Of a stretch of 64,000 nucleotides of DNA, positions 47,489-59,708 are shown piece by piece. How positions within the stretch are numbered: position 1 is the stretch's first letter; each line of letters opens with the position of its first letter. Source of the DNA: Macrostomum lignano (lineage: Eukaryota); assembly GCA_002269645.1 (NCBI GenBank), contig NIVC01000640.1:372001-436000 (forward strand). Reading direction: 5' to 3'. The notes under the pieces were generated by a model, which ran no database searches, was not told the origin of the DNA, and saw nothing but the letters and a program-made list of their open reading frames with translations. A program made the translations under genes and the position numbers.

Positions 47489-48849
47489 CTGTGGCAATAT
47501 CAAAACGGGACTTCTTGAATTCTTTTTTATATATTTAGTTATATAGATTCAATAAATTAGTTATTGGTTATTTCGATAGGATAATAATTTCATCACTAAG
47601 GGGGCTTTTGACGGTGCTGATTTCGATTTTTTCAGCTTTGTTTTTGGTAGCTTCAACCCAACTATATGTAGCTTAAAGCCAACCACTGGGGTACGGGGAT
47701 GGGGGGTTCTAGGATAGGGAGATTCTTCATGGGGATTGATTTTTTATATACCGAAAATTCAATAGAGACATTGGGGGTCTATTGAAGATTAAGCATATAA
47801 ACTTTTAGACCTTTGAGGGAGGTAGCTAGCTCACCAAAGAACCATGGCCAAGAACTGGGACATGAGGAATGGGGGGTTAGGGTTTCAATTACCATGTTAG
47901 CATTCAGAAACATTTGGCATCATTACTAGCTTCCTAATTTCATATCTTGAAAACACTTTTTCTTAATCTTTTTGTTTCTAAAAAATGTTTATTTAAATGC
48001 ATTATTTTTACAAACTGTATCCAATTCTCATTGACAGCATTTGGGGATTAACAAATTGACCACGAGGCATGATCAATTTGCACAGAATCGCCACTGGAGA
48101 GATTAGTGCCCATCCTGGACCTCAACGACATGGACATTTTTGACGGAAGTGAGGAATCTGGGTGATTCCGTATCGCGACTGAGATGTACAAGAAACGGCT
48201 TGAACAGTCGTTAAAGAGGGCATCAATGCCTTCATTGTGCAGTGGTGAACCTGCGCGTGTCAAAGCGACGTTCTTCTAATTAAAATGTCCATGGACTTCT
48301 AACCCTCTGCTATCACAACGACTATATCAATGATATATTTTCTAGTGGCATATTTTCTGATTGTTCTTGTCCCCAAATTTGTCTACGGTGCAACATATTT
48401 GATGCAATGCATTCTGCAAAATGTCGGTTGTGAAGTTGCTTGTCGAGTGCAATCAAGAAAAAATAAAGGCTACCGTCACAACTAAATGATTTGGATCAAC
48501 CAGAAAATCTGCTTTTTTAGGAATTCAATAAGGAGAACTTTAAGTAAAAATTGTGAGTATATTTGCGGACTCAAAAAATAATACAATTCGGGTTTCATAA
48601 AACTTTTTCAAACTTTTTGTTTAAACACTATATTATAAGTTAAAGTCGTGTCTTGTAAAAGATTGATAAAAAACGTAATGGTTGAGCCTCCGATGTTCTT
48701 TGCGAACAATTTAAAATACTCGATGCTCTTCCAAACTTAATTAAATGTGTACCAGTAAAACACTGTTTGAACGGGTACAGTTACAGCTCCTCCAATCGAC
48801 CACTGTTTCAGAAGCCAGGCTCTGAAAGAATAGAATTCAGAAGGGCAGA

Positions 48850-49495
48850 GCAATGCGGATGGTTGTGTGAAATGTACATACGGGGAAGGGGTTAGAGCAA
48901 TGGGCGTTGGTTGTGTGAAATGTACATACGGTAAGGGGTAGAGCAATGCGGGGTTGGTTTTAAGAAATGTACATACGGGGAAGAGGTAGAGCAATGCGGG
49001 GTTGGTTTTAAGAAATGTACATACGGGGAAGAGGTAGAGCAATGCGGGGTTGGTTTTAAGAAATTTACATACGGGGAAGGGGTAGAGCAATGCGGGGTTG
49101 GTTTTAAGAAATGTACATACGGGGAAGAGGTAGAGCAATGCGGGGTTGGTTTTAAGAAATGTACATACGGGGAAGAGGTAGAGCAATGCGGGGTTGGTTT
49201 TAAGAAATTTACATACGGGGAAGGGGTAGAGCAATGCGGGGTTGGTTTTAAGAAATTTACATACGGGGAAGGGGTAGAGCAATGCGGGGTTGGTTTTAAG
49301 AAATTTACATACGGGGAAGGGGTAGAGCAATGCGGGGTTGGTTTTAAGAAATGTACATACGGGGAAGGGGTAGAGCAATGCGGGGTTGGTTTTAAGAAAT
49401 TTACATACGGGGAAGAGGTAGAGCAATGCGGGGTTGGTTTTAAGAAATTTACATACGGGGAAGGGGTAGAGCAATGGGGGTTGGTTGTGTGAAAT
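48850..49495. repeat. 48-bp minisatellite (~13 copies)
   Basis: GTAGAGCAATGCGGGGTTGGTTTTAAGAAAT(G/T)TACATACGGGGAAG(A/G)G units. Confidence 0.95.
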
Positions 49496-49593
49496 TTGCG
49501 AGTAATACGCTCGTAATAGCAACAATAGCTCGTCAGTATGGTCATAAAAATCAAACTTACACTATGCATCGATGTTGAAAAAGCAATCCAGCT

Positions 49594-51434
49594 CTACATG
49601 CCAATAAAGGAAGCTTTTCGCGGCGGCGCCACGGCAATTTGATCGGTAAGCGAAATCCGACGACTGTCGCTGGTATCCAGCCGCGGCGGGGGGTCGAAAC
49701 TTTGAATCGACGGCTTTCCTGGCCGGTTGCTCACCTGATATTCGAAAATGAGTTGTCTTATAACAATTGACTGATTGTTTTTCTTAATGGCATTAACAGG
49801 GACGTCGCCAGGAGGGACAGGGGGCAGGGGCATAGGAGGGACAGGGGAAGACAGTGGGGACAGGTGGGATAGGGGGGGGACAATGGGGAAAGGAGGGACT
49901 AAAATGAGTGCCCGAGGCGCCAAAATGAGTGCCTGAGGCGCCACAATGAGTGCCTGATTTGGCGCTAAAATGAGTGCCTGAGGCGCCACAATGAGTGCCT
50001 GATTTGGCGCTAAAATGAGTGCCTGAGGCGCCAAAATGAGTGCCTGATTGGAGCGCCAAAATGAGTGCCTGATTGGAGCGCTAAAATGAGTGCCTGATTG
50101 GAGCGCTAAAATGAGTGCCTGAGGCGCCACAATGAGTGCCTGATTGGAGCGCTAAAATGAGTGCCTGAGGCGCCACAATGAGTGCCTAATTGGGGCGCTA
50201 AAATGAGTGCCTGCGGTGCCAAAGTGAGTACTAACAACAGCAATTCCTTTGCTATAATATTAATAACAGAATGCTTTGCTCTGGAGTTTAGGTTTTGTCC
50301 CTCTCACCATAAAAGCCATGGCAACGCCCATTTGAATCATACTCTTTATAAGAAAAAATTCTTGACGTAAACGATAGATCCTACTTATACGAGTATAAAG
50401 TAGAAAACGGCTGCAATAGTGTCAGTGCGCCTATTAAAGATAAGTTTTTTATGTACATAATTATACTTTAGGACATTAAGTGGAGGACACTTTACTACTT
50501 TATTTTAAATAAGTTTAAGTAGTAATTTCAATTTTAGGAAGTCCTTGGAGAGACGGCATTTTGTCCTTCAGCTGGAAGGTGATTAACCTCCAGGACTAAC
50601 TCAATTAGTAGGACGGAAAACAACGTTTCTTGGAAAATTCCAGGCGCGCAGGTTTCACCGAAAATGTATTCTGTTGCACATTTTGTCATATCAAAAAGGG
50701 CTATAAGAATGGCATATCATATCAAAAGATAAACATTGGGTCTGCCTCCTATCAGAAGCAACAACAATTGTTGTGCTGAAAAACCAGACACGTCCTGTAT
50801 CTTTGTAATGCATTTTTGGTAAAAAACTTGCCTCCTACCTTCTACTTGCACAGTCCTTGTCATAAACTATTCCCGAAAATGTTATTTTGAGCTTTGCTAT
50901 CACCTGGTTTAGGCTGACTTTTGACAGTGCTCATAGGTCATGACATTTTTAACAACTGGGAGAATCATGGGCCTTCTCCTAAGGAATGATAAACTGCTCA
51001 GGCAGTCTCAGTGCCTTGGAATCTAAGCGAGAATTCTCCACCCCTACCTTGAAGAATTTCTTCTTTTTCGCAGCAGCCGGCTGTGCATCACTGGTTTCGC
51101 CTTCAGCGTCAGCGTCCTCGTCAGCACCAGCATCTTGCTCTGGCTCGACGTCCGCGTCAGCGTCCGCCTGTCCGAACAGCTGGCCGAACACGAGGTGCCA
51201 GACGTCGCGAAAGTAGCGCCGCTGGCAGTCGAGGGCGCGCATCGCCAGCCGTTTGGCGTTGTCGGGATCGGTGAAGCGCAACTCGGCGTAGCAGCAGGGC
51301 AGGCAGCAGCCAGGAGCGCTGCAGCGCGTGTACACCGGCATGCAGGTGGACTCCAGGGAGAAGTCCCTGCTGATCGGAAATTGCCTGTCGGCGGCATGGC
51401 TGCGGCAGCATTGGGTAGTGCAGTGGCGTTGCAT
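49594..51434 (-). CDS. Family member X3 (~175 aa, 2 exons)
   Basis: Exon 1 51048-51434 (ATG; CCLPCCYAELR...DCQRRYFRDVWHLVFGQLF; acidic tract; AAKKKKFFK; donor AAG/GTAGGG, phase 0). Exon 2 49594-49734 (acceptor TATCAG; VSNRPGKP...ASFIGM*). Confidence 0.65.
49900..50225. repeat. 21-25-bp minisatellite in the X3 intron
   Basis: AAAATGAGTGCCTGA(GGCGCC/TTGGAGCGCT) units. Confidence 0.9.
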
Positions 51435-51601
51435 GTTGAAGGCTGCTTTAAAAGGCGAGCTGCTCGAATTCCAAATTGAAAGCTGAAGCGAAGTGAGCAG
51501 AATTTTTACTATACATTTATTTGTACGACTGTCTCTGGCAGATAGACTGACTGGAGTATTCATTAGATACGCACTTTTAGCCTTCGACTGTTGCCACAGA
51601 C

Positions 51602-52244
<643 letters not shown>

Positions 52245-52843
52245 CCATAGACAAATGTCCGGTAGCAACGAGAAAGCTTTTTTTAGAAGTCTAATCACCG
52301 ACCAAACTGCAAAAAGTTATATTATTGCTCAATCAATCAATCCACAATTGAACAGTTACTTTACACTTTAAAAAGTTCTAACAACAATGTAGCATATCTA
52401 CTTTTAGTAGGATTTATTACAATGCTTCTAGGATAAATCTAGCTTGTCGGGGACTGCAGTCTCTGCAGTATCCACGAGACAGTTCTCACTAGAAGCCGAA
52501 AGAGCGTAAATTTGCATTTAGTGTGCTCTATAATAGAGAAATTGAATTTGTCTATGGGAAAACCCATTCAGCGCCATTTTCAAGAGCGTACTAAATGGCT
52601 CATTTATTTAAGCTTTTAAGCTCTCCATGAGTGGAATTCGAATGCGGAGCGACAATAGGCCAAGAAGATCACGGATGCGACGAGTTTCATGTTATAAAAA
52701 TCGACCGCACCTTCGAAAGCTGTGATACATAAGATTTTTTTTATTTTCCAACAAATTTGAAACAAAGTGGCGTCATTTAAAAGAGCTGACTTTTTTAAGA
52801 CAAAGTATTATGCAAATAAAAGAAATTCAACCAAGAATAAATG

Positions 52844-52893
<50 letters not shown>
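52844..52893. repeat. (TAGA)n, ~12 units
   Basis: Direct inspection; left flank of the Tc1 insertion. Confidence 0.95.
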
Positions 52894-53716
52894 CACTCAG
52901 CAACATTTAAAACGCAACACTCTAACTAGAAGAAAAATCAACTCACTCAGAAGAGTCAAAGCGCATAGTCTATGGTTCAAATCGAGCTTCAGAAACGCGT
53001 GTAGCTTCCTCTCGCAAGTAACAGGGCGATGACTATGGACTGTTTTCAGATAGAGTGATCCAGCTGAGAGAATGGTTCAACAGATGACAGACTTCGCGTC
53101 TGGCGTGAGCCACGGCAAGAGCTTCTGCAGCAGCACGTGCAAAGCTGCGATGGGCAGGGACCCTCCGTACACGTGTGGGCAGGGATTTCAATGCGAGGCA
53201 GGACCCAGCTGGTTTTCTTAGACGCAAACGTGAACGGCGATGAGTACGCTCGTTTGCTGCAGACGCATCTGCTCCCTTTGTTAACAACCACTTTGGTGGC
53301 GTCGCAAACTGCATACTGCAGGACGATAATGCACCGGCGCACCGGGCAGCAGCTGTCAGCGAACTCAAGGACCAGCTGCACCTGCGTACTCTTCGGTGGC
53401 CTTCAAGATCCCCTGATATGAACCCAATTGAACATGTCTGGGACTTTATCAAGCGGAGTGTTCAACGGCAGAATCCGCCGCAGACAGTCGCTGAACTGCG
53501 AAATGCTGTTGCTAACGCGTGGCAGGAAATTCCCCAGGACTTTTTTCGACGCCTTGTTCTGGGAATGCCACGTCGAGTCAACGCCCTGTTACTTGCGAGA
53601 GGAGGCTACACGCGTTTCTGAAGCTCGATTTGAACCATAGACTATGCGCTTTGACTCTTCTGAGTGAGTTGATTTTTCTTCTAGTTAGAGTGTTGCGTTT
53701 TAAATGTTGCTGAGTG
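52894..53716 (+). mobile_element. Tc1 (DD34E) internal-deletion derivative (823 bp), same family as 18569-19212
   Basis: Same TIRs and TA flanks. VHVWAGIS...LQDDNAPAHR...WPSRSPDMNPIEHVW has 34 residues between D and E. Frameshift near 53281. Confidence 0.92.
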
Positions 53717-54017
<301 letters not shown>

Positions 54018-54581
54018 CGGTCAATAGTCAAAATCGGTTTGGCTGTTCTGAAATTATTGAGAATTTTGTGCAGATAATAGGATTTTTGAAACTGAACAGG
54101 CCCGGGCTGGTCCCTCCCGGTCAGACCGTGAAGGCTGCGCAGCCAATCGGGAGAGAGGTCGGCTGCCTCACAGCGATGCGAGAAAATAACGGCAGTTCGG
54201 GGACTGGACTGATGAAGAAGCGACGGCCGTCGCTGATTGGGGGAGCAGCTTTGGGGAAGCTGCGAGGAGCCAACTGCAAGGCTGCAGGCGGTGGATGCGA
54301 CATCCCCCCCGGTGCGCCCAGGTGAGTATCGAGCAACCCCCTCCACCTGGACCAAAAAATTATTTGTCGAGAGAATTAAGAAATATATAAGCGACGCTTT
54401 CCTTAGCCTGAGGATAAAAGCAGAGTGCTGGAGATCCAATCGTGAAGTCTTGCTGGCACAGCTGCTGTGGAAGCGTTCAGAGGAATCGCGCTCCAACTCT
54501 TCTTCAACATCAAAATCCCAAACAGGTAGAAGCGGAGCAGGATTTCACCTGGCCTCTCACCTCGAGGAACGGCGCTTTTTC

Positions 54582-54716
54582 ATGACGATGGACGAGCGAC
54601 CTGCCGCTCTGCGAAGCAATAACAACAACAAAAACAACAACAATAACAGTAACAGCAACAACAATAACAGCAACGGATGCCCAAGTTCTATTGGGGCCAA
54701 ATTACCGCAAAAGCAG
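54582..54716 (+). CDS. Candidate first coding exon of the LIM-domain gene (Asn-rich)
   Basis: MTMDERPAALRSNNNNKNNNNN...LPQKQ followed by a CAG/GTGAG donor in phase 0. CCAAT boxes lie upstream (~54142, ~54234). The link to the LIM exon is inferred. Confidence 0.4.
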
Positions 54717-55249
54717 GTGAGAGAGACGTTTAATTATTTTGTGCTTGTGTATCTCGGTTTGGTGTTTCTATCTAGAACACACGCGCGTGCACACACACAC
54801 ATCTGCCGTCCCGTCTGTCCCAGCGGCTTTCAGTCTGTTAATTGTGCAACTGTTCGGGGGAGGAGTTATACATTAAATAAATCCAAGTGCGCCCCCTCAG
54901 CGGAGATATCTCTGGGAAAACATCCCGCCGGGTAATGATAGGGTCGGCTGTAGATTCCCCGGTCGGCAACGAGTGCGTCCAGTTTAATTAAAACATTCGG
55001 GGCGATGATGCGGACGCTGCTCTTTGTCACTCTTTATCCTCATTATGTTGTGACCCGTGCAGCCTAGTGTGGAGTAATCTTTATCTTTATCGTTATCTCA
55101 ACCTCCCCTCTCCATCGAACAATGCGGCCGTGAGGGCTCGCTGTGTTGCCCTGCCATGCAGCCAGTATTGTGCATCAGGAATGCATCAGACTTAACAGCC
55201 TGCATGGATTCTTCTGCAAGGGGATTCCTCTGCACTTTCATGGCGTCCC

Positions 55250-55412
55250 CAGAGTGGCGCCCCCAGAGTGGCGCCCCCAGAGTGGCGCCCCCAGTGTTGC
55301 GCCCCCAGAGTGGCGCCCCCAGAGTGGCTTCCAATGTGGCGCCCCCAATGTGGCGCCCCCAGTAGGTACCCCCAATGTGGCGTCTCAGTAGGCGCCCCAA
55401 TGGGTGGCGCCA
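55250..55412. repeat. 14-bp GC-rich minisatellite
   Basis: GAGTGGCGCCCCCA-type units. Confidence 0.85.
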
Positions 55413-58400
55413 CCCTAAAAAACTTAGCCTTCTCACCCTAAGCAACAGACCGGATACGCCATGCACTGGCCGCAGTAGGGAATTATCGGGATTTTCAAGG
55501 TATCTGATTTCGGGTAGCCCCAAACCTTACAGCGGCTCGGGTTGTATCCTGGCTGGGGATCAGAGGAGAGGGGAAGAAACTCCGCATTACGCGGGTAACT
55601 CGACACCCAAGAGCGATGCCTGGACTGCAGGGGGATTCCAATCGCGAGAGGGATTTGAGCAGGCGCTGCCTCTATCGATACACGACGACAGTAGCGAGTT
55701 CTATAGTCACACATGCCAGCCTCTCTTGGTGCCCCATTCTTGATCTGCTCAAGCACTCGACTACTCGTCTCTTACCTGACCGTGTCAAACTCGATGGAGT
55801 CTTGACCCAGCATCGCTGCGTTCTTTAGTGAAGTGGGAAATTTTCCCAAGGGCGTCACGCTGGGATCCGTGGTCTCCCCTTCCCTTAGCTGCGGCAGGCC
55901 GCGGTGAAATGGGCGAATCACTTAACTTTAAGAATGCTTGTGAATCCCCTCAACCTAGACCTACCAACTCTTCTGCATCATCTTTCTTGAGTCCACTTGC
56001 TTCTGCTGAGTTTAGCCAAGCGGGTTATTCTGCCAGAGAGAAAGTGTGCCCGCGCCAGTTTTCACAGCTCCTTATCTGCTTTATTTCCAACTGCTCAATG
56101 GAACATGCCGGCAGCCTATTTTATGGAGGCCTACAGCGATGGCCGGGACTCAGCGATCAGCTTAGGGAGACTCTGAACTGAGCAATGTCAACAACAGCTC
56201 ACTCCACAGCCAGTCCAGATTGCGAAGCCTGCAGTCAGTCAGACTGATTGCCAGTCCCATGCAGCCTCATTAGAGTCGAGGCGAGGAGGTGTAACAATGA
56301 AAACAGAGAAAAAGCATATAGGAGAATTTTCCCTGTGCTGAGTCGGAGAAGGCACGGACTCGAGATTCCGAGCTGATTAATCCTTGGCTGGGTCCCCAGT
56401 GAATGAGGAATCTCTACCTGATGAGCAGTGAGTGATGCAGGATTGCAATAATTGCTGCTCAACGCAGCCTCTCCACTTCGGGGCAATTGTTTTGCTTTGT
56501 AAAAAAGAGAATTGCAAGTGAATTCTTTCGCGCTAATCACCCCCCCTTCTCTTGAGCTCGGCACCCTTGAGCGACTCGTTGAAAACAGCACACCACTTCC
56601 CAAAGAAAACTTTCTTTTTTCCTGTGCAACAAAGGATGAGCCTGGGCGCGTGCGTGCAGATCCACACAGAGGCGAAAACATAACTCTCTTTTTATTGCGA
56701 TTAGTTGTTCTGCTCCAGCATTGCGGCACTCGAAATGAAGCCCGAGGGACGGAGAGAGGGAGAGAACACGCGGTCGCCGCGTCGACACATGGGTGGACAG
56801 ATTTCCCATATTATTCATCCCTTGCCACTCAGTCAGCCAGTATCGGTTCTCCACCCCTGCCTCACGCCGAGTCGCCGTTCATGCCTCACTTAAATAGAGG
56901 GCTCAGGCTCCGTAGCAGCAGCATCTTAAGTCGATAGCCCTGTGGAGTGCGCCAGAGTAGCAGTAAGAAGTTAACGGGCAGCAGTTGCGCTAAGAGAGGG
57001 ACCTGGCTGAACTGAGCTGAAGTGGGCTTAAGGGTTTGACGGTCTCACTAAGAGAGTGAAGAGAAAAAAACGATGCAGCTGAGACAAAAGACTCAACCGT
57101 TTGAGTCCGGCCAGCAGCCACGTGTCCACCAGCCAGTGGGAGTCACAGGGAAGCCCGAGGATTAGGGCAGCGAGGCCACCTTCCAGTTTCCTCAGCTGCA
57201 CCTTGTGGCCCCGTCAGCGCCGGGCTGGTCCGCAAGACTCCACCTCCCGCGCCGTTTCCTCTCCCACGCTGCCAGTCCCGCGCGTCACGGGGCCCGCAGT
57301 TGGGGCGCCTGCTGCCGCAGCCTCCTCCAACCCTCCCCCCTTTCCCCTCCCGCCAAACGGGAAGAAAAGCCAGCAGAAGATGCATCCCTGAATTATTCAA
57401 CTGCGCAGCGGGAGTCGCAGAGGCCGCTAAGACGTCTCGGTGCAGGCAGACAGGCAGGCAGGGGATGGACTGGACTGCGGGTCTCGGGGCCCCCGCCGAG
57501 TCATCCACGGGACCTCGCCTGCAACTCCAGCCTCCACAGGTGTCACTCCGAAATATATGGGAATGAATGACGCTGCGTGGGGAGACGTGGGAGGGGGTGC
57601 GGGGTGCTGAGACAAGCGGGTGAAGTTGAGGATTATAGCCGGGACTTTGCCGACAAGGACAGAGCAAGCAGGAGCTGGAGTTTGCAACAAACAGCTCGGC
57701 CGCATGCATTGGTCCTGAGCTGAATAATTTAGGCCCAGACTGCCACCCCCTCTTAACTTCAACTCCCCCACATTTTTCTGTTGCTTTCTGGGGAACTGAC
57801 TGGAGAATTTAGCTGTCAGACAAATAGTCACTTAGTGGTAAGCCCTGCAAACACAATAGGCTTTTAATTCAAGTTCCAGGACTCAGTTTCTACATTGAAT
57901 GCAGCTTTAACTATTAATCCCTCCTAGGCATCCATGAGCGCATTGAATCCTCCTTTTTTTAAAAGGATAACTTTGTCACTTTTTAACTAGTCTGATGATA
58001 GATAGATAAATTGGCTAAAAAAGAAGAGGAAACAGCCTGACAGGCGGCGCGTGCCGCTTTCCCTGCCTCGCAGCTTCAGTCCTCGCTAGCTGCATCAGCA
58101 GCAGCAGCATCCCCTTGCCGCAGAGGCTTCAGGAGTTTCTAGACGTCAGATGCATGCAGTCTCTGGCGCAGTTTTTCTAATCCAACTCTCGAACTCAATA
58201 GGTGATGTCTCAGCTCCAGCTCAAGGCTGGAGGGGGGTGGGCGTGAGACGTGCTCAAGTGGCTGGTTGCTTTGCAGTTCGATGTAAAATGTTAAAGTGGC
58301 GAGGAGAGGGAGATGCGAACTACGGGGGCTAAACTAGAGACAGGGGATTCTATAGTTGAATAGAGTCAGCCACACCCCTAGTCAAGGGCCAGGACAGGTT

Positions 58401-59430
58401 TCCAAGCCACAGAGATGTACAGGCAGTTTTGCATGGGAACTATTATAAAAATCTCCCCCTTCTTAGCACCCACATCATTCTTCCGGGCATCATTGAAACT
58501 GTCCTATCCTATAGATACTTTTGTTTCGTATAGAGAAAAATAATGGCGCACCTGGTCACTCATAGAGAGAACTTTAATAACGGAACAATAGGAGAGCCAG
58601 TGGGAGGAATCTCCGCAGATTGCGCTTTCTCTCAGTCCTCAGCGCTCGAAAAGACACAAAATGATTTGCAGACTCCCCGCAACCGTGCTCTGAGCAGTTG
58701 TCCAAGTGCTCTATTGTCCTCTATCTGTCACGCGACTCAGGGGGGAGGGCGCCGGACACAAACTGTCGGAAAAAATCCAGCCTAAGCAGTGATTTCTATA
58801 AATAGCTTGGCGCACCCGAAGGGGCGTGGAAATTTCGCAGGTCGCCCAGCGGGGTGCCAAATCTTCAACAAATACAGCGAGTGACCCGGACAGTCCTCTA
58901 CACACTACCTGGGGAGCATAGCAACCCGTCAGCAAGCCGTGGCCCCAGCTTTGTCTTCAGTTTGCTCTTCGAGCCCATGAAAAAGCGCGGGTAGCACACG
59001 CAGACTTCATCACTAGGCTGATGATGAGGCTCAGCCTCCGCAAACAGGAGTCTCCTGTATGTCAGAGCTGTTTGTCCTTTTGGTTAAAAAAACCGCTACT
59101 TTTTATTCCAAAAAATTGCAACAAGGAAAGCTCGTGTCACGAAGCGAAAAACAGGCAAAAGGGGATCTCAGTAAAAAGTCAGTTTTTTTACTTTTTCTTT
59201 TCCCCGATTTGTAGAGATTAAAAGCATGGAGTCGGGTTGGCTGATGTTCGGAATCAAAAAGTCGCACTGGTTGAGGTGCACCTGAGCAGTTGTCTTTTTG
59301 TCACGTTCCGCCTCTCTGTTGAATCTCTGAAGAGCTGCAAACTTTTTCTTCACTGCTGCCTCTCAGCCGCTTGTTGTCTCTATGGGTCAGGTTTTATCCG
59401 GCACTGAGGTCATTGAGTTAATCAGGACAG

Positions 59431-59708
59431 CTGGCTCAAACTCTCACTGCATCAACCCGCCCGCAGCAGCAGCAGCAGCAGCAGCGTGGAGGCGGCCAAT
59501 GGCAGAGCGAGCCCGACAGCCCGACCCCGACAGCCGCCTGGTGTCAGGCCTGCCTGCAGCCCATCGCTGACCGCTACTTCCTGCAGGTTGGCGACTGTCT
59601 CTACCACAGCGGCTGCCTGCGCTGCCAGCAGTGCCAGCGGTGCCTGGAGACTGCCGGCTCCTGCTTCGCTAAGGAGGGGAAAATCTTCTGCCGAGACGAC
59701 TATTATAA
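59431..59708 (+). CDS. LIM-domain exon (first LIM of a LIM-homeobox-type protein, Lhx6/8-Arrowhead or Lhx2/9-like); the gene continues beyond what can be traced
   Basis: CQACLQPIADRYFLQVGDCLYHSGCLRCQQCQRCLETAGSCFAKEGKIFCRDDYY(K) has the full C-x2-C..H-x2-C-x2-C-x2-C..C-x2-D pattern, then a GTGAG donor at 59709. Absent from the ORF track because it has no ATG. Confidence 0.85.

Noticed and set aside
48737-49569. Long 16-aa-repeat ORFs, and a possible CRISPR-like array
   Set aside because: A 48-bp head-to-tail minisatellite with no unique spacers; frames stay open because 48 is divisible by 3; eukaryotic context with no cas genes.
55098-58935. Numerous 60-190-aa ORFs
   Set aside because: No recognisable motifs or consistent splice chain; probably intron/regulatory DNA of the LIM gene, though small exons cannot be excluded.
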